DNA from: Promethearchaeia archaeon
GTDB taxonomy: Archaea > Asgardarchaeota > Lokiarchaeia > Sigyniarchaeales > SOKP01
DNA length: 32,000 nucleotides
Assembly: GCA_046497275.1 (NCBI GenBank)
Contig: JAWOFX010000174.1
Location: 1-32,000 of the forward strand
Direction of reading: 5' to 3'
Shown piece after piece: positions 9,900-19,271 of this stretch (its first letter is position 1; every line of letters starts with the position of its first letter). A program made the position numbers and the translations under genes. The notes under the pieces are model-generated. The model ran no database searches. It was not told the DNA's origin and saw only the letters and a program-made list of their open reading frames with translations.

Positions 9900-11804
9900 T
9901 CAGAGTTCCTCTTCATATATCGCCTCTTGTGGACAAACATAAGTACAAACTCCACATCCGCGGCATAAAGATTGATCTATTTTTGCTTTTTTTAATTCCT
10001 CATCAAAAGTTATTGCGGGACATCCAAATTGGTTAATACAGATTTGACAGCCTGTACATTTCTCAGAATCTATTTTATAAGTCGGAGGAGAGATATTTTG
10101 AGCCTTAAACTCGCTCATTTCCAACAAAGAGCAAATATGTCTTGATATGAAAACGCGTACTCCATTTGCTTCTATTGCCTCTTGTAATTTTTCAATCATT
10201 TTATTGATATTATTAGAGTCTTCAACCCATATGTTTTTTTCAGGCACTCCACATCCTTTAACTAAGTCTTCTAAAATTACTCTGGTGCCTGGTTCCTCAC
10301 CTATTTTCATCCCAGTACCTGGATTATCTTGGAAACCTGTCATACTGGTGCTTCTATTATCTAAAATTATAATTAGCATATCATTTTGATTATATACAGC
10401 ATTTATTAGTCCTGGTACCCCTGTATGGAAAAAAGTTGAATCTCCTAGTATTGCCAACAGGGGTTGTTCTTTACCATAAAGTTTAGAAAATCCGTTTGCC
10501 ATTCCAATTGACCCACCCATACATATTTGAGTATCTATTGCTGCTAATGGTTTATATACTCCGAGAGTATAACATCCGATATCTGACGAGTTGATAAATT
10601 GCTTTTTTAATTTTTTCTCAACTTGATTTATAGCATAAAATGTTGCTCTATGACTACATCCGGGACAAAGCATTGGAAGTCGAGGTGGTAAATTTAAATC
10701 ATTTTCTGGAATCTCCATTTGTTCATATTCAATATTTAAGAATTCAGAAACTTTTTCAATTATTAGTTCGGCTGGGAATTCAAATTTTTGTGGCAAAATA
10801 TCTTTTCCATGAATTTCTATTTTATCACCGAAACCTTCCTCAAACGCAATTTTTTTCACCATTGTTTCAAAAATTGGTTCGAGTTCTTCCACAATCAATA
10901 ATTTATCAACAGAATGTAATAAATCTATAATTCTTTTTCTTGGTAAAGGGTATACAATCCCTAATTTAAGAATTGAAACATTATCTTCAATTTCTAAGTA
11001 GCTTAGCGCATCTTTTAAGTGTGCATAAGGAATTCCCGCTGATAAAAACCCATATTTTGTACCATTTATACTTTTTCTACTAATAATTAAGGAATTAAGT
11101 TCAGATTCGTTAACATCTTTAGAGATTCTCTCCATTCTATTTAATAACTTTTCACGATTAACACGAGAATGAGAGGGGACGCAAACCCAACGTTCTCTGT
11201 CCCAATCAAAACCAAATTCTTTTTGAGGTTCTTCAATCTCTCCCAAAAGAACATTCCCTCTTCCATGGTTTAGCCTGGTTGTCGTTCGAAATAAAACAAT
11301 TGTTTCATATTTTTCCGAAAACTTAAACGCATACTTAATCATATCTTTTGCTTCTTGAGGTGTAGAGGGTTCAAATACTGGTACAAGTCCATGTAATCCA
11401 TAAAATCGGTTATCTTGTTCATTTTGAGAAGAGTATAAATTAGGATCATCTGCAGAAACTAAAACTAATCCCCCCCTTGCACCCGCATACGCAATTGTCA
11501 TAAATGCATCAGCCGCAACATTCACCCCCACATGCTTCATGCATGCAACAGACCGAACTTTCGACATTGATCCAGCAATCGCAATTTCTAAAGCAACTTT
11601 TTCATTAGTACTCCACTCAAGCTTAAGGTGTGGAAAATAGTTTTCCATTATTGCTAAAGTTTTTAATATTTCTGAGGAAGGGGTTCCGGGGTATCCGGCT
11701 CCGATGATAGTTCCCGCTTCAAGAATACCTCTGGCTATGGCCTCATTTCCTAACATAATAACAGATTTTCCAGGGTTATCTTGAGCGAAATATGGTACTT
11801 CCAT
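9900..11804 (-). CDS. iorA: Indolepyruvate:ferredoxin oxidoreductase alpha subunit
   Basis: MLGNEAIARG, GYPGTPSSEI, NEKVALE, MKHVGVNVAAD, LCPGCSHR, SDIGCYTLG, the LGDSTFFH TPP motif and a C-terminal 2x[4Fe-4S] ferredoxin. Confidence 0.95.
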   Translation of the reverse strand: MEVPYFAQDNPGKSVIMLGNEAIARGILEAGTIIGAGYPGTPSSEILKTLAIMENYFPHLKLEWSTNEKVALEIAIAGSMSKVRSVACMKHVGVNVAADAFMTIAYAGARGGLVLVSADDPNLYSSQNEQDNRFYGLHGLVPVFEPSTPQEAKDMIKYAFKFSEKYETIVLFRTTTRLNHGRGNVLLGEIEEPQKEFGFDWDRERWVCVPSHSRVNREKLLNRMERISKDVNESELNSLIISRKSINGTKYGFLSAGIPYAHLKDALSYLEIEDNVSILKLGIVYPLPRKRIIDLLHSVDKLLIVEELEPIFETMVKKIAFEEGFGDKIEIHGKDILPQKFEFPAELIIEKVSEFLNIEYEQMEIPENDLNLPPRLPMLCPGCSHRATFYAINQVEKKLKKQFINSSDIGCYTLGVYKPLAAIDTQICMGGSIGMANGFSKLYGKEQPLLAILGDSTFFHTGVPGLINAVYNQNDMLIIILDNRSTSMTGFQDNPGTGMKIGEEPGTRVILEDLVKGCGVPEKNIWVEDSNNINKMIEKLQEAIEANGVRVFISRHICSLLEMSEFKAQNISPPTYKIDSEKCTGCQICINQFGCPAITFDEELKKAKIDQSLCRGCGVCTYVCPQEAIYEEEL

Positions 11805-12460
11805 TAAATCCCTCTGATTTGCCGTGCTTTGTCAATTCCTAGATGGAATGCAATTTTATTTACGTCTTTTGCTTTTTGTGGAACAAAATCTAATATATTT
11901 TCTTCCAATAATTTTCTATTAATAGGTAATATGTTTAATCCTGAGATGAAACCAAGCATTACTACATTAAGAGTTCTTGGATTTCCAGCTTCTTTAGCTA
12001 ATTCAGTAGCGTTTATAACATATATTTCTGGAGTAATCTTTTGAAGATATTCTATAATATCTTCTAGATTCGGATAATTTGCTTTTCTTTTAACTCCAGA
12101 GGGATATACAAATCGATCATTTATGATTATATGAGTTTTATAACCTACATAGTCCGCATATCTTAAAGCTTCACTCGCTTCGAACGCTAGAAGAATATCA
12201 GTTAAGCCCTTAGGTATAAGTGGACCTTCTGCATGAGTTCCAAATCGAGTAAAAGAGGATACAGATCCTCCTCTCTGAGCCATTCCGTGTGTTTCTGCTG
12301 TCCTCACTTTATATCCTTGTTTCATTGCAGCCCATGCTAAAATTTGAGTTGCAGAAATCACACCATCTCCACCAACACCCACACTCAATATATTGAATGA
12401 TTTATATTTTTTAGAAATCTCTCTGGGAATTTCTTCAGACTGGGTATACATCTTTTTCAA
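11804..12460 (-). CDS. iorB: Indolepyruvate:ferredoxin oxidoreductase beta subunit
   Basis: GVGGDGVI, ETHGMAQRGGSV and NVVMLG motifs. Its TAA overlaps the iorA ATG (TAATG). The start could be TTG 12460 or ATG 12451. Confidence 0.93.
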   Translation of the reverse strand: MKKMYTQSEEIPREISKKYKSFNILSVGVGGDGVISATQILAWAAMKQGYKVRTAETHGMAQRGGSVSSFTRFGTHAEGPLIPKGLTDILLAFEASEALRYADYVGYKTHIIINDRFVYPSGVKRKANYPNLEDIIEYLQKITPEIYVINATELAKEAGNPRTLNVVMLGFISGLNILPINRKLLEENILDFVPQKAKDVNKIAFHLGIDKARQIRGI

Positions 12461-12528
12461 ATTTGATTTGATAATTAATGTTCTACGTATTATATATGAA
12501 TTTGACTCATAAAAGTTTATTATTTAAG

Positions 12529-12564
12529 GGGAAGTATCTCCCACTGTGTGGGATATTTATCCCA
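12529..12564. promoter_or_regulatory. Tandem palindromic operator-like sites (GGGA-N6-TCCC x2)
   Basis: GGGAAGTATCTCCC at 12529-12542 and TGGGATATTTATCCCA at 12549-12564. The GGGA starts are 21 bp apart, in an otherwise very AT-rich divergent intergenic region. Confidence 0.6.
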
Positions 12565-12784
12565 TCATTAATTCAAACGAGTTAATACATTTGAGACATT
12601 GCTTTATAATAAATCATAAGTTAAAATAATATTCTCTAAAAAATTTAGACTGAAAAGGTTTTATTAGAAAATAATCAATTTATTAATAGAGAAAAATATA
12701 TTTTCATTGAAAATCACATTTGTAAAATTGATTTCTTAATAAATTTATAATAAATTATAATTAAATGACTTTTAAGAAGAACTT

Positions 12785-15196
12785 ATGACCGTAATAGCTT
12801 CTGAAAAACCCTTGAAAAGGACTGAAGAATTAAAAAACAAATTACTTGGCTGTAAATATGAAATCTGTCTCGAAAGAATGAAATTCTTTACAGAAACATA
12901 TAAAAAATATCCCAATGAGCCAGAGATTATCAAAAGAGCAAGATCCATCGCTTATGCCTTAAGAAATATGACTATTTTCATCCGAGATGATGAATTACTT
13001 GTAGGAAACGAAACTAGTAAGGAATTAGGAGAAAAGATTAACCTTGACTTAATGCGATTTAATATCGGACTCGATAATAAAAATAAATTAGAAAAATTAA
13101 GAAGAAGAAAAGTTCAGCCTTTTCATATCACAGATAAAGAAATCGATGAACTTTTAGAGTTAATCTCTTTTTGGAAAGGAAAGTCCCTTGTGGGAGATCA
13201 CATAAACAAAAGATTGGTGGAGGAGGGTCTTGTACCAAAGGGAGGAAAACTTTCAACTTTAGCCCCAAATATTTCAATTCAAGTAGGAACCACAGAAGGG
13301 CATCTCTCTGCTAATTATGAGAAAATATTAAATTTAGGATATAAAGGGATTTTAGAGGAAGCAATAAAATTACAAAAAAAGTTATCAAAAGAAGATCCAG
13401 AATATCAGCAGAAATTCAATTTTTATGAAGCCGTGAAAATATATTATGAAGCAGCTATAGATTTTCTTATAAGGTTTTCTAAACTTGCGTTAAGCAAAGC
13501 AGAAAATGAAAATAACGAAACTCGTAAAAAAGAATTGATGAATATTTCAGAAATGTTGGAAAGATTCACTCATAGTGTACCTGAGACGTTTTATGAGGCG
13601 GTTCAATTAATTCATTTTACACAAAATATTGCTAATATTATATATCAGAGATCAGTTCTAGCGTTGGGCAGACTTGATCAAATTTTATGGCCTTATTACA
13701 AAAAAGATATAAAAGAAGGAAAAATTACCAAAGAATTTGCTTTAGAATTAATTGAAGAATTAAATTTGAAACTCACTTGGAATCTTACGCTTCTTCCAAC
13801 AGATTTTACGATGGTTGCAAATGCGTTTGGTCAGAACACACAAACAATAACAATTGGGGGTATAGACCCAATAACTGGACAGGATGCCATAAACGATTTG
13901 TCTTATTTATTTTTAGACGCCTATAAGCATCTCAAAGTATTTACGACCGATTTATCAGTCAGAATCCATGAAAATACTCCAGAAAAATTCATTCATGAAG
14001 CAGTTAAGCTATTTAAGAAAACTTCGGGAATAGCATTTTACAACGACAATATAATCATTCCTGCATTAAATAATGCGGGATATGCCTTAGAAGATGCTCG
14101 TGATTACGTACTTATCGGTTGTGTAGAACCTACGGGACAGGGAAATAGTTTTGCTGCTACGGGAAGGATGTTTATGAATTTACCGGGTGTCTTAGAACTC
14201 ACATTAAATAATGGATATAGTAATTTTTCAAAGCAAACAGATGGATTACAGACTGGGGATCCAAGTAGATTTAGAACATTTGATGATCTTTACGAAGCTT
14301 TCAAGGAGCAATTATCATATAATATTAAAAAATCTATTGATATTGCGAAAGTGGGAGACGAAGAAGCGATGAAATATTTCCAACACCCATTTACCTCCGC
14401 CATGATTGATGGATGTATGGAAAATGGAAAAGATTTTGTATGTGGAGGGGCAAAATATAATTATTCTTCAATCACAGCTTATGGATTTGCCACATTGGTT
14501 GATTCTTTTTATGCTATTAAAAAAGCTGTATATGAAGATAATTTAATATCACTTCCCGAATTAATTGAAATTTTAAATTCTAATTTTAGTCAATATGAAG
14601 ATTTAAGACTCAAACTAAAGAATAAATATCCTAAATGGGGAAATGATAATGATGAAATTGATGAATTTGCAAACAAATTATGGGATTTATATTGCAATGA
14701 AGTTTCTAAATTTACTCCTTTAAGAGGAGGGAAATATAGCGCAGGAGCTTATTCTATGGGGATACATGTAATGGAAGGATTTTTTACCCAACCGACTGCT
14801 GATGGAAGAAAAGCGATGGAAGCTATTTCTAATAGTTTATCCCCCGTTAATGGTGTAGAAAAGAATGGAATCACAGCCATTATGAATTCTCTTTCAAAAT
14901 TAGATTATACTTTAGCTACTAATGGAGTGGCAGTTAATGTGAGGATTCACCCTCAAAATTTTGAAGCACAAGAGAATATCGAAAAATTTTCCCATTTGCT
15001 CAGAGGATACTTTGAATTAGGAGGAATGCAAATACAGCCTAATGTTGTTTCGAGTGAAACTTTACGTGATGCGCAAAAAAATCCCGAAAATTATACCGAC
15101 TTGATTGTGAAAGTTGGTGGTTATAATGCTACTTATATAGATCTTGGTACACCTATTCAAAACGATATTATAAATAGAATAGAGAATAGTTTTTAA
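12785..15196 (+). CDS. Glycyl radical enzyme (PFL2/eliminase-like), substrate unknown
   Basis: IRDDELLVGN, LGRLDQIL, the catalytic loop IGCVEP (Cys446, Glu448), PTADGRKA and the C-terminal glycyl loop LIVKVGGYNA (Gly779). Confidence 0.92.
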   Translation: MTVIASEKPLKRTEELKNKLLGCKYEICLERMKFFTETYKKYPNEPEIIKRARSIAYALRNMTIFIRDDELLVGNETSKELGEKINLDLMRFNIGLDNKNKLEKLRRRKVQPFHITDKEIDELLELISFWKGKSLVGDHINKRLVEEGLVPKGGKLSTLAPNISIQVGTTEGHLSANYEKILNLGYKGILEEAIKLQKKLSKEDPEYQQKFNFYEAVKIYYEAAIDFLIRFSKLALSKAENENNETRKKELMNISEMLERFTHSVPETFYEAVQLIHFTQNIANIIYQRSVLALGRLDQILWPYYKKDIKEGKITKEFALELIEELNLKLTWNLTLLPTDFTMVANAFGQNTQTITIGGIDPITGQDAINDLSYLFLDAYKHLKVFTTDLSVRIHENTPEKFIHEAVKLFKKTSGIAFYNDNIIIPALNNAGYALEDARDYVLIGCVEPTGQGNSFAATGRMFMNLPGVLELTLNNGYSNFSKQTDGLQTGDPSRFRTFDDLYEAFKEQLSYNIKKSIDIAKVGDEEAMKYFQHPFTSAMIDGCMENGKDFVCGGAKYNYSSITAYGFATLVDSFYAIKKAVYEDNLISLPELIEILNSNFSQYEDLRLKLKNKYPKWGNDNDEIDEFANKLWDLYCNEVSKFTPLRGGKYSAGAYSMGIHVMEGFFTQPTADGRKAMEAISNSLSPVNGVEKNGITAIMNSLSKLDYTLATNGVAVNVRIHPQNFEAQENIEKFSHLLRGYFELGGMQIQPNVVSSETLRDAQKNPENYTDLIVKVGGYNATYIDLGTPIQNDIINRIENSF

Positions 15197-15225
15197 ATAA
15201 TGAGTTAATTTTTTTTCATATTTCT

Positions 15226-15879
15226 TTAAATACTAATCATTACTTTCTTTTTTATTATTTTGCGCAAAATAACCGACAGAGTAGATTTTGATTTTCCAAG
15301 TTCATTGGCTAATTCCTCTAAGGAAATTTTTCGGGGAACATCAAAAAATCCTTCATCTATTGCTTTCTCTAAAATTTCAATCTCCTCTAAGCTCAATCGA
15401 TGACCCTCATCTTCTAGATTAATTGAAGTGTTCCCGATTCTTAATAATTCAAAATCGATACCCATCTCTTCAAACATAGTAAGCATTTTATCAATACGAG
15501 CCCTTGTAGAAATTAGATCCCAATAAGCAAATCCATCTTCAACATTAACCGGAAAATCCACCAATACCCCACATTTAATCACCCCATAAAGCAAATAGGG
15601 ATCCATTGTCTTGACATTAAATTTAATCCGGTTTTCCTCTCGTTCGATCAATGAAAATTCCATCACAGATGAATGATTCTTAATTTCCTCAATAATTAAT
15701 TCTATATCATAATGCATGATCTCAACCACTGCATTTCCAATCGATTTTTCCAAGTCATAAGGTAGAAAATATAGGATTTCCATCTGAATGTCATAAAACT
15801 TTTCAAATAAATCGGAAATCCAGATCCCTTTAGGAAATTCAATCTTAATAGTGGCAATTGTGGACTTTTCTGAATCCAT
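15226..15879 (-). CDS. Archaeal transcription regulator with C-terminal HTH_10 (Bat-like) domain
   Basis: C-terminal EILEKAIDEGFFDVPRKISLEELANELGKSKSTLSVILRK pattern. N-terminal putative sensor domain. Confidence 0.85.
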   Translation of the reverse strand: MDSEKSTIATIKIEFPKGIWISDLFEKFYDIQMEILYFLPYDLEKSIGNAVVEIMHYDIELIIEEIKNHSSVMEFSLIEREENRIKFNVKTMDPYLLYGVIKCGVLVDFPVNVEDGFAYWDLISTRARIDKMLTMFEEMGIDFELLRIGNTSINLEDEGHRLSLEEIEILEKAIDEGFFDVPRKISLEELANELGKSKSTLSVILRKIIKKKVMISI

Positions 15880-15918
15880 ATATTATCACGAGAATGATAT
15901 TATATTGAAGTTTCATCT

Positions 15919-15954
15919 AATTAGGATTAAAAATAAATAATACATATCCTAATT
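15919..15954. promoter_or_regulatory. 9-bp inverted repeat in the divergent promoter gap
   Basis: AATTAGGAT (15919-15927), an 18-nt spacer, then ATCCTAATT (15946-15954), between the regulator and the flavoprotein gene. Confidence 0.4.
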
Positions 15955-15960
15955 CTTCTT

Positions 15961-16569
15961 ATGCCTTTAAATGAAAACTTCCTTTTAGGTATTTGTGGAA
16001 GCCCTCGAAATCAAGCTACCGAATTTGCAGTAAAATATGCACTTGAATATGCTACTGAAAAATTTGATTTCGAAACAGAGTTTTGGACGGTAAGGAATAA
16101 AGAAATTAAATTCTGTATTCATTGTGATTACTGCATTCGAGAAAAGAAGGGATGTATACATAAAGATGATCTGCAAGATCTCTATCCAAAACTAGAACAA
16201 GCAAAATTTCTTCTATTTGGGACCCCAGTATTTCAAGGTAATTTATCAGCTCAGACAAAAGCTGTGATGGACAGATGTCGAGCAATTGTTGCTAAGAATC
16301 CCCAAGTGTTTAAAAATAAGATTGGGATGGCTCTTGCAGTAGGAGGAGACAGGAGTGGTGGACAAGAACTTGCAATAAGAAGCATTTTGGACTTCTATCA
16401 ACAAAATCATGTTATCTCAGTTTCGGGAGGAGCATTTGGAGCGAATCTTGGGGCTGCGCTATGGAGTAATGACAAAGGAAAACTAGGAGTAAAAAATGAC
16501 GATGAGGGTCTAAAAGCAATACGAATGGTTATAAAAAGGATAGGCGAATTTAAAGGACTTAATTTATAA
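15961..16569 (+). CDS. Iron-sulfur flavoprotein (Isf-like, flavodoxin fold)
   Basis: GICGSPR, the compact Cys motif CIHCDYCIREKKGC, GTPVFQG and SGGQE. Confidence 0.88.
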   Translation: MPLNENFLLGICGSPRNQATEFAVKYALEYATEKFDFETEFWTVRNKEIKFCIHCDYCIREKKGCIHKDDLQDLYPKLEQAKFLLFGTPVFQGNLSAQTKAVMDRCRAIVAKNPQVFKNKIGMALAVGGDRSGGQELAIRSILDFYQQNHVISVSGGAFGANLGAALWSNDKGKLGVKNDDEGLKAIRMVIKRIGEFKGLNL

Positions 16570-16657
16570 CAGAATGTAATAATTGAGAGAGTAACTTGAA
16601 ATTTTGTCATTCTTTTCAAAAATTATAATTTTAAAATAATTCAAATAGAGATTCAAT

Positions 16658-17620
16658 ATGCCTAGTTATCAAGATATTATAGATGCCTATGAGAGGATAA
16701 AGAATTTTATTAATAAAACACCAGTAATGACCTCAAGAACCTTAAATGAGAAGACTGAAGCAGAAATCTTCTTAAAATGCGAGAATTTTCAGAAAGTTGG
16801 AGCTTTCAAGATGCGGGGAGCCATCAATGCTATTTCACACCTATCTGAAGAACAAAAAAATAAAGGAGTTATTACCCACTCAAGCGGAAACCATGCGCAA
16901 GCTGTTGCCTTGTCTGCGAAACTTTTAGATATACATGCAACGATCGTAATGCCAGAAACATCTCCAGAAGTGAAGATAAGAGCCACAAGAGATACATATA
17001 GTGCGAATGTCGTTCTATGTGAAAATACTATAGAAGCTCGTCAAAACACTACTGAAATCCTTATCAATAAACATGGATATACTTTAATCCATCCTTATGA
17101 CAATGAGCATGTTATCGCAGGTGCAGGAACCGCTGCTTATGAATTATTACAAGAAATCGATGATTTAAATATGATATTTGCTCCAATTGGAGGAGGAGGC
17201 TTATTAAGTGGCACATCCATCGCAACGAAGGGATTCGATTCATATATTCAAGTCTTTGGGGTTGAACCACAAAATGTAGATGATGCCTATCGATCTTTAC
17301 AAACTGGAAAAATCCAAATGAATAGAACAATCAACTCGATTGCAGATGGGTTATTGACAAATTTAAGCCAAAGGACCTTTTCAATTATTCGAAAAAATGT
17401 CGATCGGATTATTACTATTTCCGAACAACAAATTCTAGATGCGATGAAGTTTCTATGGGAGAGGATGAAGCTTGTGGTTGAACCTTCCGGTGCTTGTTCA
17501 TTAGGAGGAGTGTTGTCTAATAAAGTTTCTGTTCAAAATAAAAGAATTGGTGTAATAGTAAGTGGAGGTAATGTTGATCTAAGTGAATTTTTTAAAGAGT
17601 ATGAAAAAATCATCCAATAA
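16658..17620 (+). CDS. PLP-dependent serine/threonine dehydratase or serine racemase-like enzyme (fold type II, no ACT domain)
   Basis: LKCENFQKVGAFKMRGA (PLP lysine), SSGNHAQA, IGGGGLLSG, VVEPSGA and VSGGNVD. Confidence 0.9.
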   Translation: MPSYQDIIDAYERIKNFINKTPVMTSRTLNEKTEAEIFLKCENFQKVGAFKMRGAINAISHLSEEQKNKGVITHSSGNHAQAVALSAKLLDIHATIVMPETSPEVKIRATRDTYSANVVLCENTIEARQNTTEILINKHGYTLIHPYDNEHVIAGAGTAAYELLQEIDDLNMIFAPIGGGGLLSGTSIATKGFDSYIQVFGVEPQNVDDAYRSLQTGKIQMNRTINSIADGLLTNLSQRTFSIIRKNVDRIITISEQQILDAMKFLWERMKLVVEPSGACSLGGVLSNKVSVQNKRIGVIVSGGNVDLSEFFKEYEKIIQ

Positions 17621-17663
17621 GGACCTAAAACTATTAAATTCTCTTTTATCGATAAATGTTTAT

Positions 17664-18623
17664 TTATTTAGTAATATCTATTTTTCCAGAACGATTTGAA
17701 TTCCGAATAATAATAATGTTAGCAATTATAATCAAAATCCCTCCCAAAATAGTAAAAATTGAAAATTTCTGTAAAAAAATCGCAGTATTTATAACTGCCA
17801 CGAATGGTTCAAAGTAACCTAATATAATAATATTCCCACTTTCATCATTTTTAATCCCAATATTGTAAAGGATAAATGCTAATGCTGTAGGAATAAGACC
17901 TAATAATAAGCAAACAATTACATCGATTAGTGTTAATTTTAAAATATCAGCTGCTCCTAATGGAAGATAAAAAATTATTAGGGTTAAAGTTGCCCACCAA
18001 GCAAGAAAAGTATCAAAAGCACCCTCATCACTATTATTATATGATTTATAATTATAACGGTCATTATACATCTTTTTCCGTACATAAATATTAAATGCAA
18101 GAATAAGAGCAGATGCCAGTCCGAATGTGAGGGAATTTATTAATATAGATCCTTTCCATACTTCCATTATCACTAAAACTCCGATTACTGCCAAAATAAA
18201 ACTAAATATATTTTCTTTTGGAATATTTTCTTCTTCCTTAGTTACGTATAAAATTCCCAATAAAAAGATCCCATTCATATATAATAGGAAGGCTGCAATG
18301 GCATACCCAGAAATCTGAATGTTTAAAAAATAGAAATAAATACCAAGGGGATAAATCAAAACTAGTAACATTATATTTTTCCAATGGAGTTTAAAATTTA
18401 ACTTAAGGAAGTCTTTAGAGAAGGCCCCCGTTTTAATCATCCATATACTTAAAAAAAAAGTACCGAAAATTCCCCTAAACAAAACGATTGAATACGTTGG
18501 GTATGAGGAGAGAAGATCAACCATTAAACCAACAAAACCCATTGAAATAGCAGAAATTAACATTGAAATTTGAGAAATAAGTCTTCCAGCATTATCCCTA
18601 TTATTATTCATCTTTTTTTCCAT
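17664..18623 (-). CDS. DMT/EamA family transporter
   Basis: About 10 hydrophobic segments in two repeats, with LIPTALAFILYNIGIK and GYFEPFVAV motifs. Confidence 0.8.
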   Translation of the reverse strand: MEKKMNNNRDNAGRLISQISMLISAISMGFVGLMVDLLSSYPTYSIVLFRGIFGTFFLSIWMIKTGAFSKDFLKLNFKLHWKNIMLLVLIYPLGIYFYFLNIQISGYAIAAFLLYMNGIFLLGILYVTKEEENIPKENIFSFILAVIGVLVIMEVWKGSILINSLTFGLASALILAFNIYVRKKMYNDRYNYKSYNNSDEGAFDTFLAWWATLTLIIFYLPLGAADILKLTLIDVIVCLLLGLIPTALAFILYNIGIKNDESGNIIILGYFEPFVAVINTAIFLQKFSIFTILGGILIIIANIIIIRNSNRSGKIDITK

Positions 18624-18749
18624 CAGTTGACTTAAAGTTCCATATAATAATTATATTATTATTTGAAAGGAGCTATTCTGGAATAGTCTACTCATGAATT
18701 AACTGGATTTCATAAAAAAATAATTTAATAAAAAAATAAAAGAAATATT

Positions 18750-19043
18750 TCAATCTAAAAACATTTCTTCTGCTTTTTTTTTCCTTAAACCTGTCTGGGA
18801 AAATAATTCCTTGAAATAATAATTGCCATCTTGGATTACGACGGGTGTGTTCACAATACATTCATCCTCATCGCAGAAGGTCTTCAAAAAATTTTTGTCT
18901 TGAAGAAGTTGGTTCACAAATTTCTCTTCATTAATGTCTTCTTCTACATACTTCACATCATTTTCTTTAAGCCATTCTTTTAACTCTGCGCATCTATGGC
19001 AATCTTCTTTTGTTATTATTATAGGAAGCTTCATCTCAGTCAT
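18750..19043 (-). CDS. Glutaredoxin/thioredoxin-fold protein
   Basis: N-terminal CHRC active site and a VNTPVV cis-Pro motif. Confidence 0.75.
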   Translation of the reverse strand: MTEMKLPIIITKEDCHRCAELKEWLKENDVKYVEEDINEEKFVNQLLQDKNFLKTFCDEDECIVNTPVVIQDGNYYFKELFSQTGLRKKKAEEMFLD

Positions 19044-19271
19044 ATATAGGGACCTCTTTGATTTATTTAAATTCTTTTTTCTGTTATATTTCTGAAATAG
19101 TAATGGAATAAAAAAAGTTCAGATTTTAAATTATAAAAAACTAAAGTGTCTTATCAAAAAATAAGAAATTTGGGGATGTCTGCTTGATTCGAATTAAGTT
19201 CTTTTGGTATCTTTCTTTTTTTAAAATAATATAATTCTATCAATTATGAATTAAAACTCTCGGGTGATCAA

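Noticed and set aside
9899-9955. Longer acdA start at 9955
   Set aside because: It would overlap the iorA 3' end by 56 nt. The ATG at 9898 gives the typical family N-terminus.
12785-15196. Calling the GRE pyruvate formate-lyase (pflB), HypD or CutC
   Set aside because: It has a single Cys (GCVE), not the adjacent Cys-Cys of PFL, and the specificity segments do not match HypD or CutC as recalled.
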